Program-made: the position numbers and the translations under genes
Origin: an uncultured virus (IMG/VR IMGVR_UViG_3300030329_002226)
Taxonomy: Duplodnaviria > Heunggongvirae > Uroviricota > Caudoviricetes
DNA length: 64,000 nucleotides
IMG/VR virus record: IMGVR_UViG_3300030329_002226
Span: 1-64,000 of that record
Strand: one strand, 5' to 3'
Shown: piece by piece, positions 51,524 through 59,292 of the stretch
Position numbering within the stretch: position 1 is the first letter of the stretch
How the letters are laid out: each line of letters begins with the position of its first letter
The notes under the pieces: model-generated
Seen by the model: the letters and a program-made list of their open reading frames with translations, nothing else
What the model was told of the DNA's origin: nothing
Databases searched by the model: none

Positions 51524-51772
51524 ATGAAGACTAAAATTAAATTAAATCAACTAGCAACAAAGAGATTTGTTATTAGAAAATCATTAATTGGTAAAAACAC
51601 AGTAATAACTTTTACTAATAAGAAAAATGAGAAATGTACTTATAATCATGACATAGTATATAATCAACTAAAAACTAAGTTTGATAATATGATGTGTTTT
51701 AATAAGTATGGTAATTATACTAACACTAATAACCTTCCAAGGTTTGTTAGAGAATTAGATAAAATAGTATAA
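51524..51772 (+). CDS. Early protein, paralog B
   Basis: Paralog of 50418-50681. Confidence 0.75.
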   Translation: MKTKIKLNQLATKRFVIRKSLIGKNTVITFTNKKNEKCTYNHDIVYNQLKTKFDNMMCFNKYGNYTNTNNLPRFVRELDKIV

Positions 51773-51780
51773 TTCAATAG

Positions 51781-51823
51781 TGACATTAGGGTGTTATTAT
51801 ATAATATTAATACCCTTTTGTCA
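51781..51823. promoter_or_regulatory. 43-bp palindromic operator-like site, TGACA-WWAGSS-N21-SSCTWW-TGTCA
   Basis: Same geometry as 56581-56623; may also act as a hairpin terminator. Confidence 0.55.
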
Positions 51824-51849
51824 CTTTTTATTCTCCTTGTATTAACTCT

Positions 51850-51882
51850 CACGGACTTATATATAATTTCTATGGATAATAT
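51850..51882 (+). promoter_or_regulatory. Putative early promoter 5
   Basis: CACGGACTTA-N15-GATAATAT. Confidence 0.75.
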
Positions 51883-51966
51883 ATATAAATTAGTTGGATA
51901 ATGTGAGATAGTGCATTAGAAATACTAATAAATTTAAATAACTAAACAAAATAACACTTTTAAACT

Positions 51967-52110
51967 ATGAACTTAGAAGAATTAATATCAAACTTATTGA
52001 TTAAAGAAATAAAAGAGAAGTTTCCATTTAATGAAGAAACTGATTGTAAAAAGAAATATAATGAAATCATACAAGATTACTTATATGAAACAATAATAAC
52101 TAAACTATAA
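51967..52110 (+). CDS. 47-aa early protein
   Basis: Manual translation MNLEELISNLLIKEIKEKFPF... Confidence 0.5.
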   Translation: MNLEELISNLLIKEIKEKFPFNEETDCKKKYNEIIQDYLYETIITKL

Positions 52111-52113
52111 ATT

Positions 52114-52329
52114 ATGACTAGAGAAGATAAACTTCATGAAGAATTCCATGAAGAAGCGAGAGAATTAATGGAAAAACTTATTGATAAATACAATCTTGAT
52201 AAGTATACTAGTGAAAGAAAAAGAAATAATCCATTTCCAATGTCACTAGATGAATTCTTATATGAATATGTATCTATTTTTAATAAAAGAGAAATAGATG
52301 AAATTAATAACTTAATAAACAAATTTTAA
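52114..52329 (+). CDS. Early hypothetical protein
   Basis: ORF track. Confidence 0.6.
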   Translation: MTREDKLHEEFHEEARELMEKLIDKYNLDKYTSERKRNNPFPMSLDEFLYEYVSIFNKREIDEINNLINKF

Positions 52330-52334
52330 ATCTA

Positions 52335-52559
52335 ATGAGTGTAACTAAAGAAATAGATAGGATTTCAAGTGAAATCGCAAAGGAATTAGAACCGAAGTTA
52401 TTTGAAATGATATCTTGGGGATTAGATAAAGACTTCATCATTAAGAAAAATGGTGAAAAAATGAATTTAAGTGATGTAGAAGGTGATGAGTTTATAGAAC
52501 TTATTACTTACATTGCTAATAAATCAATAGAAAAATTAACTAAAAGTATAAATAAATAG
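52335..52559 (+). CDS. Early hypothetical protein
   Basis: ORF track. Confidence 0.6.
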   Translation: MSVTKEIDRISSEIAKELEPKLFEMISWGLDKDFIIKKNGEKMNLSDVEGDEFIELITYIANKSIEKLTKSINK

Positions 52560-52633
52560 TGAAAGACGTAAGACGAGGTGCACTTATTAAAGTAGTGGTA
52601 ACACGGCGCGGGTTGATTAGCTAAAACAACTAA

Positions 52634-52666
52634 CACGGACTTATAAACAAAAACTTTAGATAATAT
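52634..52666 (+). promoter_or_regulatory. Putative early promoter 6
   Basis: Consensus; ends 4 nt before the ATG at 52671. Confidence 0.75.
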
Positions 52667-52670
52667 TAAT

Positions 52671-52901
52671 ATGGAAAATTTATATGAACAATTATTACCT
52701 GATGTTAAGTTTGAACTTAAGAAAAATAAAGGTAAATATAAAAATGCAGTGAAGCAAGTGATTGCTAAACTACACGTCTATCATAACTACTCACAGATGA
52801 GTATGGATGATATTAAAACTTTAATAACTTTTTCTGATACTAACTGTTACGAGTGGACAGCGAGTGATTGGAAATATGGAGAAAAACTATTTAAACAATG
52901 A
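52671..52901 (+). CDS. Early hypothetical protein
   Basis: ORF track. Confidence 0.6.
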   Translation: MENLYEQLLPDVKFELKKNKGKYKNAVKQVIAKLHVYHNYSQMSMDDIKTLITFSDTNCYEWTASDWKYGEKLFKQ

Positions 52902-53050
52902 AGCATAAAGTATTTATTAAAATAACAGATATACTAATAAAATCATTAGTGGCAAGTCTTGCCGCTCTATTTGTAGCTGGTTGGTTATTTTTGGTATTTG
53001 GTTTTATATCAGGTGTCATTGAACCACCTTCATTTGGTATATATAAATAG
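52898..53050 (+). CDS. 50-aa single-TM membrane peptide
   Basis: Manual translation MKHKVFIKITDILIKSLVASLAALFVAGWLFLVFGFISGVIEPPSFGIYK. Confidence 0.55.
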   Translation: MKHKVFIKITDILIKSLVASLAALFVAGWLFLVFGFISGVIEPPSFGIYK

Positions 53051-53408
53051 TATTAGACGAGTAGCTTAATAGGATTATTGGAAGTTAGCGCGTAAATCTG
53101 CAAGACAGTAGCTCACTAACTCATATATAATCACGTAAGTGAATTGCTAATACTAAACCGGAAGCGCACCGCTATCTGACGAGATTGACCAGGGAATCCC
53201 ATGGTAATATCTCCGGACGATATGAGCGACTCGAGGTTGGTAGGTTGTGGTTGAACCAGTAAACGTTTTCACGAGCTGGTTACTACAACCGATAACTAGG
53301 TTTGGATATTGGAGAAGGCATAAGACTCGGCGGGAGTATTCCTCAGAGCGCTGATTATCCCAATAACTACTGACGAGTAAAGAGGTTCGATTCCTCTTCT
53401 AGTTACTA
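53048..53408 (+). ncRNA. Structured non-coding RNA array ending in a tRNA-like T-arm and acceptor stem
   Basis: GC-enriched non-coding stretch with four closed stem modules (see findings). Confidence 0.55.
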
Positions 53409-53419
53409 AATTATAAATT

Positions 53420-53809
53420 ATGAATTGGAAACAAGAACAAGAAGTATTGGAAAATGCTTTTGCAAGAAGATTACTAATTGAATATGGTATTCAAGAAGTA
53501 ACTACGCAAAGACAAGCTAAGAATGGTACAAGAGAATTTGAATTTCCTGTATCTGCTCACAAGCAATGGAATAGGAAAGATAGACTTAGATTAGCTTGTT
53601 TTAAAACAGGATATGTAAGAAATCAAAATTCTTGCGCATCTCCTTATCAACTAAATCCTCAATATAAAAGAACAAAGAAATGGGTTTTCTTAACTAAAGA
53701 TGGATTAAAAACTAAAGAATACATAACAATTTCGCGAGCAAAGATCTATTCAGGTATGGCTCGATTAGTTTTTATGTTAGAATTTTATAAAAGAAATTAT
53801 AAGATATGA
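53420..53809 (+). CDS. Early hypothetical protein
   Basis: 129-aa ORF. Confidence 0.65.
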   Translation: MNWKQEQEVLENAFARRLLIEYGIQEVTTQRQAKNGTREFEFPVSAHKQWNRKDRLRLACFKTGYVRNQNSCASPYQLNPQYKRTKKWVFLTKDGLKTKEYITISRAKIYSGMARLVFMLEFYKRNYKI

Positions 53810-53940
53810 ATAAATGTAAGTTTTGTAATAGTACAGCTTTGGTATATCACTATTATATTTGTGATTCTAAATGTGAAGAGTGTGGAGATTGGCAAGAAGG
53901 AGAAGAGTTTAACTTACACGGACTTAATAACAAACACTAA
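53806..53940 (+). CDS. 44-aa zinc-ribbon peptide
   Basis: Manual translation MNKCKFC...KCEECGDWQ...; ATGA overlap with the previous gene. Confidence 0.5.
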   Translation: MNKCKFCNSTALVYHYYICDSKCEECGDWQEGEEFNLHGLNNKH

Positions 53941-53949
53941 CGATAATAT
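53917..53949 (+). promoter_or_regulatory. Putative early promoter 7
   Basis: Consensus; ends 4 nt before the ATG at 53954. Confidence 0.75.
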
Positions 53950-53953
53950 AATT

Positions 53954-54193
53954 ATGCAAAAAATAAAATTTACATCTAAAACAACACTTAGAATAACTAA
54001 TAAACATGGTTATTCTATTAAATACAAAGGTTATAACGTAGGAGAATTACCTAATTCTTTTGGTTTTAAATACAAGTTTAATGGATATGATGATGATGGA
54101 TATGAAACTTTTAAAGAAGGTAAAGATAAATGGTTTAATTATAAAGGTCTAACTTGGGTAATAGATAAAGACCATTGGAGTAAATCTTTATAA
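53954..54193 (+). CDS. Early hypothetical protein (start revised from 53861)
   Basis: ATG immediately after promoter 7. Confidence 0.6.
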   Translation: MQKIKFTSKTTLRITNKHGYSIKYKGYNVGELPNSFGFKYKFNGYDDDGYETFKEGKDKWFNYKGLTWVIDKDHWSKSL

Positions 54194-54194
54194 T

Positions 54195-54332
54195 ATGGAT
54201 AGAAACGATGATTTTTTAAATCCACATGAGCAACCAGAAGATGAATGTGTAGTATGTGGTAAACCAATGGATTTCTGGTATTCTAAAAGTGATACATGTA
54301 GTGATGATTGCTTTAGAGCTAGTTTAATATAA
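54195..54332 (+). CDS. 45-aa zinc-finger peptide (CxxC...CSxxC)
   Basis: Manual translation MDRNDDFLNPHEQPEDECVVCGKPM...TCSDDCFRASLI. Confidence 0.55.
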   Translation: MDRNDDFLNPHEQPEDECVVCGKPMDFWYSKSDTCSDDCFRASLI

Positions 54333-54386
54333 ATCTACTGGAGTTTTTCATAGTTATAACAGTAGATTAGGTCTGTACAGACAACA

Positions 54387-54433
54387 GAGCGTGCTACGGT
54401 ACTAAGGTGCGGGTTCGATTCCCGCCACGCTCT
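54387..54433 (+). ncRNA. Armless tRNA-like minihelix (acceptor stem and T-arm only)
   Basis: GAGCGTG/CACGCTC stem, GCGGG-TTCGATT-CCCGC arm, 15-nt connector. Confidence 0.6.
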
Positions 54434-54557
54434 CTAATGGGTAAAAGATAAGAGTATGAAAAACCTCAAATAAGTTTATCCAACCGCATATGTATGTGGT
54501 GTCGAAGATTTGATCACTGGTACGTACGGAAGTGTATTACATATTGCGGTAAAATAT

Positions 54558-54630
54558 TGCGGGATAGAGCAGTGGCCAGCTCGCGAGCCTCATAAGCTCG
54601 AGGTCGTAGGTTCGAATCCTACTCCCGCAA
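54558..54630 (+). tRNA. trnM: tRNA-Met (CAT), no encoded CCA
   Basis: Full cloverleaf: TGCGGGA/TCCCGCA, D-arm GAGC/GCTC, anticodon CGAGC-CTCATAA-GCTCG, T-arm GTAGG-TTCGAAT-CCTAC. Confidence 0.9.
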
Positions 54631-54645
54631 CTAAATAAATAAATT

Positions 54646-54975
54646 ATGAGTGATTCAAAGAAAAAATATGAAGAAATGGTAGAAGAGGGAGAAATCCCTA
54701 AATCTAGCGACATAAGACCAACACATGAATATAAATCTATGACTGAAGTAATACAAGAGGTTTATAAAGAAAAGTTTGAACGAACTAAATATATTTGGGT
54801 GTTAGACTTTACTGATGGTAAAATATATAGATATAATGTAAGAGCATTATGTAATGAAGATAATGAATGGAATCCTGATTCAGAAAGTTGTGAAGCATTT
54901 TTATTAGGTGCAGGTCATAAGATAAATAGTATTGAATGGATGGTAACTAATAATGAGACATGGGAAACAGATTAG
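54646..54975 (+). CDS. Hypothetical protein
   Basis: ORF track. Confidence 0.6.
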   Translation: MSDSKKKYEEMVEEGEIPKSSDIRPTHEYKSMTEVIQEVYKEKFERTKYIWVLDFTDGKIYRYNVRALCNEDNEWNPDSESCEAFLLGAGHKINSIEWMVTNNETWETD

Positions 54976-55178
54976 AAAGATTATTTACTGGATTTATTCT
55001 TATTGGACTTAGTTTCTTTTGTGGTGTGTTCTTTACATTTTACAAAATAGACCAAAGAACTTGGAATGAAAATATATTAAAAGCTAGAGATATGGAAACT
55101 AGATACTTAAACTATCCAGAGAAAAGATGTTATAAACAAGATGATTTAAAAAGAATAATATACGGAAAAAATAAATAA
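54960..55178 (+). CDS. Single-TM membrane protein
   Basis: Hydrophobic N-terminal segment. Confidence 0.55.
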   Translation: MGNRLERLFTGFILIGLSFFCGVFFTFYKIDQRTWNENILKARDMETRYLNYPEKRCYKQDDLKRIIYGKNK

Positions 55179-55255
55179 AATGAAAAATAAAAAAACAAAA
55201 AAACGAGAAATGGTTCTTTTATATTCTCAATTAAATAAAATAAATAAAAAATAAA

Positions 55256-55414
55256 ATGAGAAATATATATGATAGAATATTTGGTGAGGAATTTATGAAC
55301 TCACCAGTTCAAGGAACAAAAGAAGAAGCTAAATTTATGGAGCGAAAGTTAAATGAATTTAGAAAGAAACAAGAAATGGATATTAATATACTTAAAAAAA
55401 TTAAAGGATTATGA
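55256..55414 (+). CDS. 52-aa hypothetical protein
   Basis: Manual ORF; ATGA overlap with the next gene. Confidence 0.45.
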   Translation: MRNIYDRIFGEEFMNSPVQGTKEEAKFMERKLNEFRKKQEMDINILKKIKGL

Positions 55415-55602
55415 GAAAATTTAATAGATATAAAGAAAATTTACGTAGAGTTGGTAATGCTATATGGTCTTACTCAACACACGTAGCAACAATAGATTAC
55501 CCTGATAAACTAATACAACATGGTTGGTGGAGTGTAACTACACAGAAACATATTAACTATGTAGCAAGAGAATTAGGTTTAACTATTGAAAAAGATTACT
55601 AA
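55411..55602 (+). CDS. Small phage protein (SY.THVA...WSVTTQKHIN type)
   Basis: ORF track. Confidence 0.6.
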   Translation: MRKFNRYKENLRRVGNAIWSYSTHVATIDYPDKLIQHGWWSVTTQKHINYVARELGLTIEKDY

Positions 55603-55617
55603 TTTAAAATTAATAAA

Positions 55618-56067
55618 ATGAAAAAAATACTTACCGAAGAATTGATTCTTGAAAAACTACTAGAAGAAAAAGAACTTAAAGAACCAGGAGATATAGATAC
55701 TCCTGAGATGCAAGAAATAATATGCGAGTTTTATGGTTCTGAAATTAGACATGATTGGAGTAATTGTAATATGTATTTCACTACTGTTAGTACAGCTGAT
55801 GGGTATGAATTATATCTTGCAGCAGAAGATGAATCATCTCCTTATTATGACCAAGACGTATACTATTATGAATCAGATTGGTTTGAAAAACTACCTGATT
55901 GTATTGTAAGTGGTTTTATGATTCATGTAGATGAGCATGCTATGGAAGATTATGGATTTGAAGATGCTATAGCTTCAGTGTATGAAGATTATTGGAGAGA
56001 TATGTATAATGAAGTAGAAGGTGAATTAATGGAAGAAGGATATGATTGGCCAGAAGATGAAAAATAA
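55618..56067 (+). CDS. Highly acidic protein (possible DNA mimic)
   Basis: Very Asp/Glu-rich with many aromatic residues. Confidence 0.6.
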   Translation: MKKILTEELILEKLLEEKELKEPGDIDTPEMQEIICEFYGSEIRHDWSNCNMYFTTVSTADGYELYLAAEDESSPYYDQDVYYYESDWFEKLPDCIVSGFMIHVDEHAMEDYGFEDAIASVYEDYWRDMYNEVEGELMEEGYDWPEDEK

Positions 56068-56258
56068 ATTAAGAGAACTTAAGAAATATATTCCTTTATT
56101 TTTAGTTATTTCACTTATTATATTATATACTATAATAGTAAATATACTTGTACCTTTAAATTAAAAACCTATGAGAAGAAATATATATAAACATTTAATA
56201 TCTACTAACTATATGGGTATAACCGATAGAATAAAACAATTTAAAAAGAGAAAACACA

Positions 56259-56537
56259 ATGACAGAAAAAGAAATGCATAAATTAGCTGATATAATAATA
56301 GATAAATTAGTTGAAAAACAAATGGCGCATGATGATGAGTTTAGACAAGATCTAGCTGAGATGATGAAAGAAAATCCCGGATTAGAAATAGGAGAAATAA
56401 CTCAACAAGAATTAATAGAACAAGAATTAAATTTCTTACAAGACTTATTAAAAGAACAAGAAGAAAAAGAGAATTATCGTGACGCCTCAATAACCTTAAT
56501 TAAAATAGAAAAATTTAAAAAGAAATATAATCTATAA
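56259..56537 (+). CDS. Protein with C-terminal UVR-like helical hairpin
   Basis: EEKENYRDASITLIKI pattern. Confidence 0.5.
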   Translation: MTEKEMHKLADIIIDKLVEKQMAHDDEFRQDLAEMMKENPGLEIGEITQQELIEQELNFLQDLLKEQEEKENYRDASITLIKIEKFKKKYNL

Positions 56538-56580
56538 TCTTGCAAGCAATGTGTATAGCATAATCACTATTATGCATATA

Positions 56581-56623
56581 TGACAATAGGGATTATAATT
56601 ATAAAAATAACAGGCTAATGTCA
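56581..56623. promoter_or_regulatory. 43-bp palindromic operator-like site overlapping the HTH gene start codon
   Basis: TGACAATAGGG-N21-GGCTAATGTCA. Confidence 0.6.
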
Positions 56624-57238
56624 CACGAAAGAAACATGAAATGGTTAAATGATAGACAAATTATTTATAGAAGAGATCCTATTAATGATAAACCTACTAT
56701 TGAGACAGATACATATAGATATTATGAGCAAGGCACACATGAATGTTATACACTATTTAACACCAGTGCTAAAATACCTACTTATAAATCATTAAAATGG
56801 CATTTTCTTGTATTATACTATTTAAATAGTGACATTTTGTCACCTGAAGAAGAGATAATAACTTTATTTAAATTTATAGCTAAAAAAGAGAATGGATTTG
56901 TTACATTTTTTATTAGTAAACAAAAACTAGAAGAAATAATACAAAACGTACTGACAATAGGTGGTGAACCACCAATAAATAGAAAAAGAAAAATAATATT
57001 TAAAGACTTTACAGGATTATCTACTAAAGAAAAACTATCAATTGTAGGAAAATTAATAGGTAGATCAAGCATAGATAAAGAAATGATATATGAAACTATG
57101 TTAGATTTAAATGACTGGGGTAAGAAAATTACTATTAGTCGTATTGCTGGTTTACTTAATTGTTCCGTGAGAACAATACATAGAAATATGGGAGATGAAT
57201 TAAAACGAGAAAAAGTAAGATTAAATGAAGAAATATAA
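56618..57238 (+). CDS. DNA-binding protein with C-terminal HTH (regulator or replication initiator)
   Basis: KITISRIAGLLNCSVRTIHRNM HTH. Confidence 0.7.
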   Translation: MSHERNMKWLNDRQIIYRRDPINDKPTIETDTYRYYEQGTHECYTLFNTSAKIPTYKSLKWHFLVLYYLNSDILSPEEEIITLFKFIAKKENGFVTFFISKQKLEEIIQNVLTIGGEPPINRKRKIIFKDFTGLSTKEKLSIVGKLIGRSSIDKEMIYETMLDLNDWGKKITISRIAGLLNCSVRTIHRNMGDELKREKVRLNEEI

Positions 57239-57986
57239 CGTAAACAATTACATTAGATATAAAGAAGATTTAAAAGAATCTTTAAAAAATATACCCGATT
57301 ATGGAGACGACTATCATAAATATACTAGAAAGCAACTTATAATTAGATTTTTACCATTAGTAGAAACAATGTCAAGAAAGTTCTCAACAGATAGTAGAGC
57401 TTCTGGTGTGTTAACTATAATGGATTTAATACAAGCAGGTTCAGAAGGACTTACTAGAGCAGTAGATAAATTAGATTGGGAAACTCTTAGTCAATCACAA
57501 GATAAAGAAAAAACTTTAAAAGCTTTTTTTAGTAAAAGAATAAAAGGAAATATAAGAAGAAGAATAGATATGATGAGAGGTAATATGAGAATACCTGAAC
57601 ATAAACTAAATGAAATACGTAGTAATCCTAAAGATAAAAAAATGGTATCAATGTTTTTTAATAGTATATTTTTATCTATAGATGCTAAACCAGAAACAGA
57701 TGAGAACATGTTATATCAAATACCAGATAAATCTGAACCTTATAATATTCCTTTATTAAATATTTATTTAAAAAGTTTAATGCAGAAATATTTAGAAAAA
57801 AATGAATATGAAGTATTACGATTAAGTTATGGTTTAGACTGTGATAAACACTCTGCTAAAGATATAGCTAACAAGTTAAATATATTAGGACCAAGTGCTT
57901 ATGTTAGAATTTCAGAACTAAAAAAGCAAGCGGTTCAAAAACTTATAGATAATGTAGATCACTCGCAAGTGATTGATTATCTGTAA
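57225..57986 (+). CDS. Phage sigma-70-family factor
   Basis: Region 2 DLIQAGSEGLTRAVDK, MRIPEH, region 4 EVLRLSYGL...SAKDIANKL...ISELKKQAVQKL. Confidence 0.85.
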   Translation: MKKYNVNNYIRYKEDLKESLKNIPDYGDDYHKYTRKQLIIRFLPLVETMSRKFSTDSRASGVLTIMDLIQAGSEGLTRAVDKLDWETLSQSQDKEKTLKAFFSKRIKGNIRRRIDMMRGNMRIPEHKLNEIRSNPKDKKMVSMFFNSIFLSIDAKPETDENMLYQIPDKSEPYNIPLLNIYLKSLMQKYLEKNEYEVLRLSYGLDCDKHSAKDIANKLNILGPSAYVRISELKKQAVQKLIDNVDHSQVIDYL

Positions 57987-57995
57987 GTTAAGAAT

Positions 57996-58024
57996 GTAAA
58001 TTTAAAAATAAACATGTAATTATA
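57996..58024 (+). promoter_or_regulatory. Putative middle/late promoter, GTAAA-N10-AACATGTAATTATA, for the replication operon
   Basis: Same family and spacing as the minus-strand copies. Confidence 0.65.
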
Positions 58025-58049
58025 TTAATAACGCTTAAAACAAACACGA

Positions 58050-58559
58050 ATGACAATCAACGAAAAATTAGCGACAATTCAAACAAAGTTTAAATCGAAG
58101 AAAAGTAGATTTAACTCTTTCGGCAAATATTACTTTCGCTCTGCCGAAGATATTCTCGAAGCAATAAAACCCTTTATTAAGGAGCTTGGTGTAACAGTAG
58201 TTATAAATGAAGAATTAGTAGATTCTGCAGTTATTAAAACTACAGCCACTGTAACTGATGGAAAAGAAACAATTAATGCTACAGCAGTAGTTGGAGTAGA
58301 TCTAGATCAGAAAGGTATGCAAATGCCTCAACGATATGGTTCAGCATCTAGTTATGGTAAGAAATATGCACTAGGTAATTTATTTCTTATTGATGATACT
58401 CAAGACAGTGACGCAACTAATAATCATGGTAAAGTTAAAAATAAATTAACTGATATCATTGCAGCTAAGAATTATATAGTAAATGGTGGTAAACTAGATA
58501 CTATAAAAAATAAATATGATTTAACAGTTGCTCAAGAAAAAGAATTAAGTACTTTATAA
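58050..58559 (+). CDS. erf: ERF-family single-strand annealing protein
   Basis: FNSFGKYYFRSAEDILEAIKP and GSASSYGKKYALGNLFLIDD..DSD motifs. Confidence 0.85.
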   Translation: MTINEKLATIQTKFKSKKSRFNSFGKYYFRSAEDILEAIKPFIKELGVTVVINEELVDSAVIKTTATVTDGKETINATAVVGVDLDQKGMQMPQRYGSASSYGKKYALGNLFLIDDTQDSDATNNHGKVKNKLTDIIAAKNYIVNGGKLDTIKNKYDLTVAQEKELSTL

Positions 58560-59290
58560 TGAAAAAAGAAGATGTAATTAATAAGTTAAGAGATGATGAG
58601 CACTACTATGGAGACTTTGGTAAAAAGTATCTTAGTAATTCAGATATCAAAACTTTACTTACAAATCCTTTAGCTTTAGGGAAGGCGTCTGCAAAGACTG
58701 CTGCATTTCTAGTAGGTGGATATTTTCATACCGCTATACTTGAACCAGATAAACTCAAGAAATACCGAGTAATACCTTCATCTACTAGAAATACTAAAGT
58801 TTATAGAGAAATGTCAGAAGGAGAATTATGTTTACTTCAACATGAAGTAGATATGTTAGAAGTTATGATAGATAAAGTATTAAGTAATAATGTATGTAAA
58901 GGATTAATAAGAGGAGATAATGTAGAGTATGAAGTTCCTGGAATTACAAAGATATGTGGTAAAGAATGGAAAGGAAAAGCTGATATTATAAATCATGATG
59001 AAAAACTTATTGTCGACTTAAAAACAACTAATGATATAAATAAATTTAGAAAATCCTCTTGGTTATATAATTATGATAGTCAATCATATATATATCAGAA
59101 ATTATTTGGATATGAATTTATTTTTATAGTAATAGATAAAAACACGCATCAAATAGGTATATTTGACTGCTCACCTGAATTTATAGAGCGTGGATTTGAA
59201 AAAGTAGAAAGAGCAGTAGAACAATATAAACTGTTTTATGAAACAAAAGATTTCAAACCTGAACAGTATTTTATTAACCAAACATTATAA
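58559..59290 (+). CDS. PD-(D/E)xK exonuclease (RecE/DUF3799-like)
   Basis: LSNSDIK, G..FHTAILEP, KGKADI, IVDLKTT, Y..Q..IY motifs. Confidence 0.75.
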   Translation: MKKEDVINKLRDDEHYYGDFGKKYLSNSDIKTLLTNPLALGKASAKTAAFLVGGYFHTAILEPDKLKKYRVIPSSTRNTKVYREMSEGELCLLQHEVDMLEVMIDKVLSNNVCKGLIRGDNVEYEVPGITKICGKEWKGKADIINHDEKLIVDLKTTNDINKFRKSSWLYNYDSQSYIYQKLFGYEFIFIVIDKNTHQIGIFDCSPEFIERGFEKVERAVEQYKLFYETKDFKPEQYFINQTL

Positions 59291-59292
59291 CA

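Noticed and set aside
53176..53400. Hammerhead ribozymes at CTGACGAG
   Set aside because: No GAAA after a stem II and no compatible stems I/III were found.
53048..53408. tmRNA
   Set aside because: Size fits, but there is no GGGG 5' end or G3-U70 alanine identity, and the acceptor stem closes only the last ~112 nt.
50288..53949. Repeated CACGGACTTA as a CRISPR array
   Set aside because: Spacing is irregular (57 to ~1300 nt), whole genes lie between copies, and no cas genes are present.
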